This document shows, piece after piece, positions 24,726-36,483 of a stretch of 64,000 nucleotides of DNA. The DNA comes from Tubulanus polymorphus. Its lineage: Eukaryota; Animalia; Nemertea. Below the pieces are notes generated by a model, which saw nothing but the letters and a program-made list of their open reading frames with translations, had not been told where the DNA came from and did not search any database. The translations under genes and the position numbers were made by a program. The first letter of the stretch is position 1, and every line of letters begins with the position of its first letter. The stretch spans positions 13,648,655 through 13,712,654 of the forward strand of contig NC_134033.1 in assembly GCF_964204645.1 (NCBI RefSeq), written 5' to 3'.

Positions 24726-26977
24726 GTTTTTTCAAAATCGGAAATCGAAGTACAGATATAGTTGCGTGATCGGCGGTCCATTTAACATAAATTTTCTTTT
24801 CTTGAAATCCAAGCACATAACAGGAAATTTGGTTCCGGTGCCTTCAATTAATCTTCCAACCAGTCTGAACTGGCAAGCATCTGATTGGGGACTGCCTATT
24901 TTGATACATCGAGATTTGGAATATCTATATTACAAGGTAGAAGATCATTTTGTACATATTATGACTAGTTGATTAATAGTATCATACAGTGCAAACCTGC
25001 TAGTAAAATTGCCCCTATATACATTTCGATTCCCAGCTAAACTATGTTCGTATTATTAAATTAACTTCATCGCCAATTAATAAACTTTTAAGAGATATGT
25101 ATTCTTCCCACAGACATCTGAGCCCAGTGAATGGTATTCTAATCCATTTCAGTAATTTTAAATATTGCTGGTAAAATATATACAATGATCTTTTGATTAT
25201 GATAATATAACTAGCTTAACGAACCCAGAATTCCCCAAAACCTAACTGATTCAACAGATCCCACACACATGTGGCCCAGTTAGACACAGACAACATTGCA
25301 CGATACAGTCGTCTCATCCACTGCATTATTTTTAATCAACTTAAATTCCTTATGTTGAATTAATTCTAACTAATTTTCTGATATCTAAGCGATCCATTAA
25401 TTAGTAATCATTCTAGCCACAATTAATTGTCAGTCGAACAATATTTATATGGAGCCTGAAAATCTACACGAGTAGAATTTCAGATGTGGTGAATTCATCA
25501 CTATTTGAATTCATCAGAACTTAAGATAAAATCACATTTTTAGTGGTAAATTAGAAATTCCCTTACCCGAATTGCAATATAATCTTTATTTCCCTTTTAC
25601 AGTTCACTGTGTATAAGGATCAAAAGACCTTGTTATGACCGGACCTCCCTGGTGCGGTGCAAGACATGATGCTGGAATATAGTTTGAAGGAGAGGGGTTA
25701 GTAAAAGAGAGCTATTAGCAAGAGGAATAAGACCTAAGTTTAGGATATCCTGTCAGAATAAGGCTCTCAATCTGACATACACAGTGAAATTGAAATATTC
25801 CCCCTCCAAAATTCAGGAATGTATTTTTGCACGTACAGATTTTTTTTTATCTCCCTTCGATCGGAAGTAAATCTGCATTAAATGATTTTGGCAATATGTA
25901 TCAAAATAATACAGCTGTATGAAGACACAATAGGTTCACTTAGATACAGATAAATAAGTAATGTGCTCAGATACACATGTATCAGCTACATTTTTAATGT
26001 CAATGTACTTGAATTCAAAATAATTTCACATCATTGAATTTACCTTAATTGTAGATATCTAAGTAGTACCTTAATGAGTAATTCACCTTAGTTATATCCT
26101 TATTCATCCTCTAAGTTGTTTGTCCCGCGTGTTGACTAGGTAATGATGTTGTTGGAACGTCCAATGGTGCCATCAGACTCAGTCCCAGAGTCGGATTATG
26201 GATGTTGGTATCACCAGACTTCCCACCATCCGAGTTTGACTTCTGGCTAGCGAAATGACAAGATGAAGAGAGCATATTATATATTAAGTCAAAATGTTTG
26301 TCAGACAGATTCTGACCACTGTGGTTTGAGAAAGCTTTTATTATCTCATAACCATCCCTATCATTAATAGTATTAACTATTATTGTGCCACAGATTTATG
26401 CCAGCTCCGTTCGTGTCTGGGTTAGGTACATATACAGCCAAACCATATACCTCTTCCCCACATGATAAGTGTTTTTTGAGAACACCTGTATTTTGGAATT
26501 AGTAAAAATCAACCCTCGATATACCACTATTGCCCCAAGTTTGCTTAAAATGAGCTGAAATTAAAGAGTTCATAATCATTAATTAACAAGACAAAATTTG
26601 CAACTATATCTAACTTTGATAGTGGATGATGAAAAAGATGAAAGGCCAGGATGAGGGGTCTGAATCAGAAATCGAAGATACAGAGTTTACGATGTATTTG
26701 AAGTACACAAAAGATGCTCGAGATTACAGAGTTCACGAATACAATATAGACGATATCATCCGCTGCGACAAGAAAAATTGGGAAAGATTTTGATGGAAGG
26801 GGAAAAAACCTTGGATGAAAAATAAAATTTACACAGTTTCACGGCTTAAATCGAAGTACAACCATATAGACGCTGGTAATACATAGTTTTAACGGCTTTA
26901 CATCATATTTGATCTAAACCTGAGAAAGAGAAAGAAGTCAGCACAGAAATTCTGGCTGATAACAGCAAAGTCAGAGT

Positions 26978-27600
26978 TCTCAGGGTTCCAACTGGCAGCG
27001 GCAGAGTCGGAGTTCTCTAACGTGGCCTCATCCCAGCTAGTGGCGGGGTGCTGACGACACGGGTGTTACTACGGAGGACCCGCAATCAGAGTAAGATGGG
27101 AAGCGACAAACATCTTCGGCTTCGGGGGATATCCGATCTTCAAGCATCAACACCAAAAGACAACCGGCACCCAGAAGAGAGAGAAAAACTGGGTGAACGG
27201 GGAGCCCATCAGCAAGATGCCAATGGGTAGCCTTAGGCGAAGAAACCAGCCGATTCAGACTAGAATGGACCAAACTGGGGACCCAATTGAGAATTGAGCA
27301 CACCACCTAAGACAACCGGCACCCAGATGACAAGAGAAAAACTGGGTGAACGGGGAGCCCATCAGCAAGATGCCAATGGGTAGCCTTAGGCAATGAACCA
27401 GCAGATTCAGACTAGAATGGACCAAACTGGGGACCTAAAGATCCAACAGCCCCTTCAGTCGAAGATTGCTACCACCCCCATCTTATTCTGATCGCAGGTC
27501 CCCCGTAGTAACATCCGCATCACCAGCACTCCGCCACTAGCTGGAACGAATACCACATTAGAGAACTCCGACTCTGCCGCTGCCAGTTGAAACCCTGAGA
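26978..27600 (-). ncRNA. Putative long hairpin RNA: ~163-bp imperfect inverted repeat enclosing two ~135-bp structured direct repeats
   Basis: Arms 26978-27140 and 27438-27600; direct repeats 27151-27283 and 27301-27435. G-U bias points to the minus strand. Confidence 0.55.
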
Positions 27601-28629
27601 TTGAGAGGGCGGGGCAAGGGATGAATGAAATGAAAGAAAAAAAAAATGAAAAAACAAAAATAATATAGAAAAATAATGAAAAAAATAAGATATAAAATAT
27701 ACCACACATTCATACGACACATATAAACTCCATTCACTCCTCTTGCACACACCGCGCACACAACTCCATCCACTCCGCTTGCACACACCGCACACACAAC
27801 TCCATCCACCGCCACCGGCGCCACACCACCACTCCAAAATACTCCGCGCCACAAGATCGCCAGGAAACACAGCAAAAGCTGAAGAGCTCGAGAAAACGCC
27901 ATCTGATCGTGTCAAAGACTAGTACTCGATTGAACGATTGTGGAGAAATTTCGCCCGGAGCTACGATCAAATGCAAACCCAAATGTAGATATTTTATTGA
28001 ACGGAATTGATTTTCAGTCCACGTCAGTTGAAAACCTGCTTTGATCGATGTTTTAATGTTTATTTTAAAAACAAATTAGATTTACGACCTAGGGTTATTG
28101 ATTAATATCTAATTGTGAGGGTTAGATAAAAGGATCGTGGATGAATTTCCTGCTCGCATGCCACAGTTCTGTAAAATCTCAATCGTCCAGTGCTGCTTCT
28201 AGATACTGTGGCGAATACATAAACTAATCGATGTACTCTGCCCGTATTTGTACAAGGCCTACAGTTTACTTATCTTGCTTAATTTACGTCGTTCGTGTCT
28301 TGTGCCGGTATCCTACGACTATTAATCATATTGGATCCTTTTTCAGCGGTAGAGCTAGATAATTAAATGATAATTATCCGAACAGTAGATTGTTCTATCT
28401 TTTAAAAACTTTCTCCACGTCAAAGTTAATAGTTCAAATATTCAAAATACAAATTATGTTCAAATCCAGATTTCACATACAACAACTCGTTGGCCCACTG
28501 AAAGATAGCAGTGATACAATCATTGGGTAATAAAAGTTAGAAAGAATTAGGTTATCCTCTCAGGGCCTGTTAATTGTACGTCACCGGTAATGGAAAAAGT
28601 AAGGCAAGCAGGAATTAAGGTATGCCTAC

Positions 28630-28735
28630 CCTAGTCAGTAACCTGACTGTGGTTTAGTTTTACGATCGGATATTTTCACAAACCACATAAGCCCATCCAA
28701 CTATAAAAAAGCTTACCACCAACGATTAGGTAACT
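28630..28735. repeat. Dispersed repeat, inverted copy at ~44810-44920
   Basis: TAGTCAGTAACCTGACTGTGGTTT..ACGATCGGATATTTTCAC..AAGCTTACCACCAACGAT matches the reverse complement of 44830-44920. Confidence 0.8.
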
Positions 28736-30794
28736 AACTACGCCTACCCACATTATCCAACTACAAAAGCCTTGATGAGAAAAGAAGAATTAGCAACATA
28801 ACCAAAATCGAAAAGGAAAATATCGAAAGTTCAGGATATCAAATTAACTTAATTATGGCTGCTCAAATTCAACAACCACTAAAACCGATGCCTGAAAGAG
28901 GCTTGAAGCTCACACCACGAGGATAGATCTAAGCAAATATCCGAATTTCAATTGCGGGGTACGGGTCGAATGAGAGAAACATCTCAGGGAAACATCTCAA
29001 ATGACACTGCGCGTAGATTGTTCACGTCAGGAGTCATCAAACTCAAACAGTCCCATAAAAATGAGCACCTGAAGTCTACGTATCAAGGACAGGGTGGCCA
29101 TTTTATCAGAATCTTGGGAAGAAATCCGTCGAGGAAGCGATGGATAAAGGCAAATACATCTTTTGTTTAAAAAAACATGTTTTGAACATTATTTCCATAA
29201 TATTGAAAGTATGCCTAGTTACAATATTTCTCATTAATAAACCAAAACCGACCCTGAAAGATATATTCATTCTGCAAGGAGGTTGGTTTGCAATTTGGGT
29301 GGTAAACTATTGGAGATTTGGCTGTGGAAGGTATGAATCACATTATGTTTCATTCAGTAGCCTATGTCGTAATACATAGCGATTGTGCGCTCAGATTTCA
29401 CATGGTCACAGTCGAATGATCGTGGGTGGGTATTATCTCAGGGAATTCACTATACACCAGTTCAATTGAGTCTATTCACGCTCGTAACACAAACTAAGTC
29501 CCGTACTAACCTACGGTCAGCCCTATGTGTATGGGCCCTGGTTGTTAATTATTAAGACGATTTTTGATGACTGCGGTCTTTCGTTTTAGGTAGTTTGGTC
29601 ATTGTTCTGAAGGTTGACCGAATTTCATCTGGGTTTTCATGCAGACTTTTCGAATTTGTCTGCCCAGGCTTTCTTAGCGTTTTGAATACTTAATTGGTGG
29701 TTTCCTCAGCAGAAGGCAAGGAGATTGCCGATGGAGTTTCTTTGTTTTTGTATCTCTCGCTGCCTCTCTTGTATGCTGGTTAACCCAGCATGGATGCGGC
29801 TTCAGTCTGGGTTATTTCTATACATAGTAGTAGGTCTACATAAACCTTTTGTATCAGGCCCCTGTGGCCGGCCGTTTCGTTCCAATTTTGATTTGGCGTG
29901 CGAATGATATCGACAACTCTGAAAAACCGCTATTGATGAATGGATTTACGAGTTTATCATGGACGTTAGAGTCTGATACATTGTCCTTGTTACCGATTCC
30001 CTACAACCGTTTTTTGTTTGTGGAACGACGGCTAGGTACTAGACTATCATGGACGTAAACTAGTTTATACGTCCATATGAGTTTATCAAATGTTCCACTG
30101 CCGGGTTGAATACGCGCCTCTGTACCCAGCTCAACGATATCGAATTCCAGAATCCCACATCTTTGCGGTCCCAGATCCGACGCGAGTGGATTGAGTGCAT
30201 GATCGAATAATAAAACCCCGGCAATAGACAGATTTTAATTTATAAAATTTTTTATTCAATTGAGTGGAGACATATTAGGCTTTTTAGATTACTTACAGCG
30301 TGGATCCTCTGGAAATTCTGCCAACAACTTCATTGCGCTTACCACTCATAATTTGAAAAAAAACCCAAATTTCTTTCTTTAATTTTGATACTGGATTAAA
30401 CGGTACATCATCATGTAAATCTAGGCAAGTCCATATTAAGAATTTCGTTTCTTGTTGTCAGTCTTAAAATGATAGTATCTGTTTTTTTCCAAAGTATTTT
30501 AAAGCCTGTTTGGTCAACGGATGGCTATAGTGACAATCAAAAAGATTGCTGATTTCACAATACTCTTCGGCAGCTAAACACTTGCTTCTTACCGGTCAAC
30601 AAGTGTCAGTGTGTCCGGTTTAAGCTGTATTGCCACTGATATAATCGCATCATCATGTTTTCCGCACATCCTCGTCTCCGGACAATATTGGTGGAAATAT
30701 TGGGTTGAAAAAAGAGGTGGATTGCAAAAAACCACTGACTGGTCAACTAACAAACAACTAACGGATCGTCTAAGTCGGTTCATGAGTTAAATTC

Positions 30795-31090
30795 GTTCTG
30801 TGGTAGTTGATGATTTCAATTCAAGTTGAAATATTCTGTTGGCTATTCGAATCAGTACATTTTTGACTAGTTAATCTAGTTAGGCTGAGCATTTTCTTAT
30901 AGATGTAATTTAGCTGAAATGAATAAAAGAAGATATCATGTAATTATACAATATCTTACAATATACACAATTCTTCATATAGCATTAATCATAATAAATT
31001 CCATGTAAATCAAATTACCTTTCAAGATAACTGGGTTTAGCGTCGGCTAGGAGTTCTAAGTTAGTTGATTTTTGTTGTTATTGTTTGACT
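30795..31090 (-). repeat. Isolated copy of the exon-intron module of the 20.2-24.5 kb array
   Basis: High similarity to 20250-20510 and 21390-21650, including the acceptor next to 30913 and the donor next to 31019. Confidence 0.85.
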
Positions 31091-31545
31091 AAGTTGGTTG
31101 GTTGACTTTTGCGGCTTCGTTTCATATCTTAACAGATTCAGGAACTGTGAGGCCACAGGCCTTTCTCCTGATCGAATCACTTCTATTAGATTTGCAAATA
31201 ACACTTTTCCAGAAATAGCGGGGCGGGTGGGATGAGCGCGGAGGTGGCGGCCGGTACGTCGAATTTGCTACTTCGGCAGTCTTACCCAAATTACGCTCAA
31301 ATTCAAAACCCAGATCTAATCGAGATTTTTGTGCGTTTTTAAGTTGCCTAAATGAACTTAGAATCGCTTTAAGCACTTTCACAATAATAAAATATATAAT
31401 TTGTAATTGAATTGAATGAGCGTCGCGGGCCGCAGTAGGAAACCTCGACTGCCGCAGAAGATCTTAGTGGCAGCACCGGACGGAATAAAGAAAACCTTGG
31501 TCGCGTGCCACAGTAAGAAACCTCGACTGCCGCAGTAGGTTGAAA

Positions 31546-34500
31546 ATGGCGTTTGACAAGAACCAGGAAGTAAATTTAGCGGCGTCGAATGTAGCTAATA
31601 CGAGTATGGAGACGATTCGATGTACATTATTCCCGCAGAATCAACACCAGTGTGTAAGTGTCCGACTGTTAAACGTGTTTCATTTATCTGAACTCGTGTC
31701 AATTGTTGGGAATCAGGGGAGTTAAACAAGGGAAATCCTGGAAGCAAATCAATTCAACCAACTAATCAAATGTCAAATGTATTGTATTCCGGGCATTGAT
31801 TGAATCAACTACAATCACAAATGCTTCTGACTTTTTTTTTCGCTAGGAAATTGAATATACACCAAATACATTGTTAAGTTATTTTGTGTGGCTAGAAAAG
31901 CCAAGGTTTATTCAGCAATTGAGGATTGTTTTAAAAAGGCATGTTTCGACCGTCGTCGAAGACAACCAACAATGTTTTAGTAATCACACTGCGCATCACC
32001 TAAAGTTAGAAATAGTATTTGTTGTTGTCATTTGACAAGACTCCCCAAGATCAGCCATTAGTCTCGAATATTTTTATCAGCCAAATTGACAATGATTATT
32101 TTTTTCATTTCATTTCTAGGATGTTATAATTGGTGTAAAACAAGCCATGGCTGCCTTATCACTTGTTGGCTGGTAAGTTTGAACTAAAAAGGGCTGGGAC
32201 TGAGATGAGAGAGGGCATGAGGAGGGTTCATCGGTTTATTTCAAATCAAATTCTCTAAAGAGATTGATTTAATGTCGAAATGTACTTTTTGTCCAATTTT
32301 AGTTTGTTTATGATTGTTGTTATTTGGATTTTCCGGAAATACGCCTCATTCACTCAGGTAGGAACTAAGCAACATCCCCATCCACTGTCTTTCCGAGTCA
32401 CCTTCAGCTCTTTATAAATTCATGCGCATTACCAGCACCTCCCTTATGGCTGTCGAGATTTCGTAATTTACCCTAAGATAAAAGGGTTGTCTAAAATTCA
32501 CCTTAAAAATGATTTACCAAAATGGTTTAAGTTAAGATAAAACAAATTATTGCTTTTGTGATTTACTAAGTTTAACTTAATCAAGTTTTAAGATGTAGAA
32601 AATTCAGAAAGTAGATCAAGCCTACCTCGTAGGGTTCTATTGGTTGTTTATTGTAGCGTTTGGTTTTATACCTGAGTATATCAGCGTTACTGCTCAATAC
32701 GGCGTACTTAATGAATGTACTACAACCCGCTGGTCATATCTGTAACTTCCAGGCATTCTTGTTCACTTATTTCGGTAGGTCATCGTTATCGGATACTGAT
32801 ACCTCGTTTGTTTACAATTCCAGCGCTTAATTCTGTATTTGACGATTTCTGCATTGTTGCATAGCACAGCTTATTTAATGGGTGAACTGCACCCTGACGG
32901 CCCGCTCTGTGACTTTCAAGCGTTCTGGCTTACTATGCTTGGTATGTACGACAGTTGAAATTAATTTCAGTTATATTGTAACGTAGTCTAACACTATTTG
33001 GCCTGCTTTTTAAATACTGTTTTATAGTAGTTCAATTTTATAATATTTTAATCCTTTAACCCTGGTTAACTTTTACTTGATTCCTACTTTTTGAAATGAG
33101 CCAGTTTGACGAACACTTCACTTGATGAGCCAAAATGATGCCGTCGTCTAAGGACTTTTTCAAGCTCCCAAACTTTTAGACTTCAAGTGTGGGATTAAGC
33201 TTAATCATATTTTCAGTAGCTCATTGTGTTTGTTTATTTTGCTGTTTCAGATTGGAATGTTTTACTTTGGGTTTGTTGTATTACTGTGAATCTCTACATG
33301 AACGCGATACAAGCTAAACTTATAGACCGTTACGAATGGTAGGATGTTTTAAAAACCAGGCTAATCGTACCTCTATTTTAGTACATGAAGGAATTAAACT
33401 GGACTTAACTTCAACTTAATCTCCTCTCATTTTCGGAAAAATTGAGTTCATAATTTTTTCTCTTCTTCAGGGCGTTCCATGTTGTGGCATGGTTATTTTC
33501 ACTATTCATGGCCTGTTTACCATTTATCGGGGACCACTACGGACCAGCAGGTGCCTGGTGGTCAGTATCGTAAACTATGAAATAATGGCAATAAATCAAG
33601 GTTCAATTTGCTAAAGATCTGGGGCTGCAATTGCTCAGAAGTTGGTTAGAGTTAATCGTGGATAGTTGACGTAGTGACAAAAGTTCATTGTTACTATGGT
33701 ATTTATCCACTTGGACCCAGTTCCACAGTTGTGAGTTAGAGTTAACTCTGAGTTAAAGTTAGTTCATTTTCAATGAGTTAATGCGGAGTTAAATCTTAAC
33801 TCAGAACTGTGGAACTGGACCCAGGACCCAGTTCCACAGTTGTGAGTTAGAGTTAACTCTGAGTTACCGGTAAAATTAGTTCATTTTCAATAAGTTAACT
33901 CGTGAGTTAAATCTTAACTCACAACTGTGGAACTGGATCCAGTTATCTAAATAAACCAACTTTCAAGCAACTGGTCCCTACAGTTTTTTCCGCGTGTTTA
34001 GTTATTAGATATTTTCATCTTTCAGTTGGGTCGTTGACGATGCTAGATGGAGATTTGGCATGTAAGTCATCTATCGTATAGTATTATTTTGTCGTTTTCC
34101 CCTGAAGTTGAAGACTTGAATTCTGTTTTTTGTTTGCAGATGGTATGGTCCGCTGTTTGGTATAATATTTATGCTGTTTTCTGTATACATCTATATAACG
34201 GTTATGGTCAAACGACGGGTAAGTTCTCGACTTCGAATTTTTCAAATTATCCACGCATTCCATATTTCATAAAGTCCTATGACTAGCTCGGACATGTTAG
34301 TTAGATCCGTAAGTACTTAGCAAAATCTAAAAGAGCTAAAGTTGTGGTAATACTTTGTTATTTTTTATAGGTGAAAACGTGGGAAGGCCTTTATGATCCA
34401 GATACCGAACGTAAAAAGGTTTGCAATTTTTTCAGATTTTCCACTTAGAAATAATTTGAGGATGGGGATCATTCATTTATTACATTTGTTAAATTATTAT

Positions 34501-36483
34501 TCATTTATTACATTTATTAAATTTGACTTTTCAGGCTAGGTACTAGACTACCCTACCCCCCCCCTCCGTACGGAAAATCGGCAATTTTTTCATATACATT
34601 AAGCATTACAGTACGCAATTGCACTGACCCCTCCCCCTCCCCTAATGCGTACGTAATAAATGAATGATCCCGTACCATAATCTCTGGGTCACTCACACAG
34701 GTCGACACTGATCTTTTAATGCCCCGATATGTTTGAATATTTCAGCAAATGTTAAAAGAAGATGTAAAACCACTAATTGCCTACCCTTGTGTGTATCTAG
34801 TGTGTTCATCATTCTCACTTATAAACAGGTAACAAACAAACAATCATTTTCATCTTCCTGGCTGAGATTTGAACTGTTGTTAAAAGTGAATTTTTTCCAA
34901 ATTTCTTTCAGAATTCAAAATGCTGTGAATCCTGGTAATCCAGTGTTTGCTCTTGTGCTCTTACAGGCAATATTCTCTCCAGTTCAAGGTAGGACCTTGA
35001 TTTTCATGATTAGAATGTTGCCATCATAGTCTTGTATTGCAGCTCCTCTCGATCTATTCCTTATATAAGATCACAAATTATTTAACTTTGGGCAGTTGTT
35101 GTGGGGGTTAACAGATAAACAAAAAACATGAAAGATGGCTCTCTGCTTTCATCCCCCAGTGACATCATCAAATCCGTATATATGTATTTCATATTTCAGG
35201 AATGTTGAATGCAATCGTTTTTGGCCTCGACAAAAATACGAGAAGCAAATTGACCCCTTCACAAATAAGGGTAAGTATCATTGTGTGTGGATCTGCTTCT
35301 ACGGTTACCAGCAAAAATCTTTATCTCAATTAAATATTTTGATTTTCTCATAGTTCAGTGTTACTCACTTTTCAAAAATCTTTCCCAAAAATTAATCCTT
35401 GAATTTTTGCTGTCGCCTATTTTGATTTTCCAATAAAGAAAATTTTGTTTGTGTGTGTGTCATGCTTTTAATGTTTTGTATACAAAGCATGCCAATGTTT
35501 TTAGTTTACATGGACTGCGCCCAGTTTCACTGTTGTGGCTTGACGTTTGACAAGGCAACTGTGGAACTGGGTCTGTTGGCAAATTTTAATAAGTGTCCTC
35601 TGGGTTGAAGTTAGTACCCAGTCTATAAAACTGGGGCTTGTGATTAGTAAATGGCATATCATTGTTTTCAATGCACCAACCCCCAAGATTTACGTTTTGA
35701 AGAACTTCATGATTTGATTTTGGAATGAAGCCCGGTTTTCTGGTTCGTCGTTTTGTTCCGAGATTATTTGCTATGCGATTTTGTTTGTGGAGACACTTAC
35801 TGTGGCAACTGGGTACTCTCTACCTCCATCTCTATCTCGATAGTTGTAGAATGAATGTTGTCTCAAAGTAAATTGATTTAGATTTCTCATTACTCTATAC
35901 CTAGCTCTTAGCCAATTGGAAAGCTCAATTCTCATTCTTAACCAATCAGTAAGCTCTCTTTCTGTTGTAACCTAATCGGTGAGCTTAATGCCGATATAAC
36001 TCTTAGTCTTCAAATCTATCTATTGATTTTTTATTGATTAAGATTTTGTTATGTTTTAACGAATTAGAAATTTTTCATTAAATTAAATTTCAATATCAGA
36101 AAATTTATCTATTTTCAACCATTCATCAGAACAAAGGTAAAACAATATCTTAGGAATCGATACATGTAGTTGATTCCAACTGGCAAAGATTATTAATTAC
36201 CAAAATATTGATTCCACCTTTAATAATGGCTCATCGAAGTTGAATTCATTCAACTCGTCGCTTCAGAGCTTTAATTCTAACTGATCTTAAGTTCGGCTTG
36301 CTTTTTTCCTACCTATAGGTGGCGCTAGCTAGTCGTAACGAGCCCAGTATCATCAGAGAGTACCCGGTAGCGTTCAGAAGTCTCGACGCCGGCAGCGATG
36401 AAAACGCCATATCACGCGGAAACAATCAAGAATTCTCGCAGATACCGAAATATAATAACGTTTCATACTCTAGACTTCACTGA
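31546..36483 (+). CDS. Cyclic AMP receptor-like (CrlA/GCR1/GPR157-type) 7TM GPCR, 13 exons
   Basis: Exons 31546-31653, 32120-32172, 32303-32357, [32657-32774 or 32824-32941], 33251-33338, 33471-33560, 34026-34061, 34140-34218, 34371-34418, 34746-34828, 34912-34988, 35200-35270, 36319-36483. Motifs QRLILYLTIS, LCDFQA, YGPAGAWCWV, WYGPL, AYPCVYL..INRI, SPVQGMLNAIVFG; seven hydrophobic segments. Confidence 0.9.
32657..32774 (+). CDS. GPCR mutually exclusive exon 4a (TM2-ECL1-TM3)
   Basis: AG|..|GT, 118 nt, RLVLYLSISALLLNTAYLMNVLQPAGHICNFQAFLFTYF; paralogous to 32824-32941. Confidence 0.88.
32824..32941 (+). CDS. GPCR mutually exclusive exon 4b
   Basis: AG|..|GT, 118 nt, RLILYLTISALLHSTAYLMGELHPDGPLCDFQAFWLTML. 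Confidence 0.88.
33620..33980. mobile_element. Nested MITEs: two tandem GGACCCAGTTCCAC-family copies inside another MITE
   Basis: Outer TIRs ..TTGCTCAGAAGTTGGTT / AACCAACTTTCAAGCAACTGGTCCC; inner copies at 33713-33822 and 33825-33940. Confidence 0.7.
34464..34672. mobile_element. MITE (PIF/Harbinger-like termini)
   Basis: GGGGATCATTCATTTATTAC ... GTAATAAATGAATGATCCCG 20-bp TIR. Confidence 0.7.

Noticed and set aside
26626-26793. 55-aa protein-like ORF (MMKKMKGQDEGSESEIEDTEF...)
   Set aside because: Short, with no recognisable homology and no supporting exon chain.
28085-28130. Telomerase-RNA template-like CTAACCCT / TAACCCTA on the minus strand
   Set aside because: No downstream pseudoknot, CR4/5 or H/ACA features recognisable.
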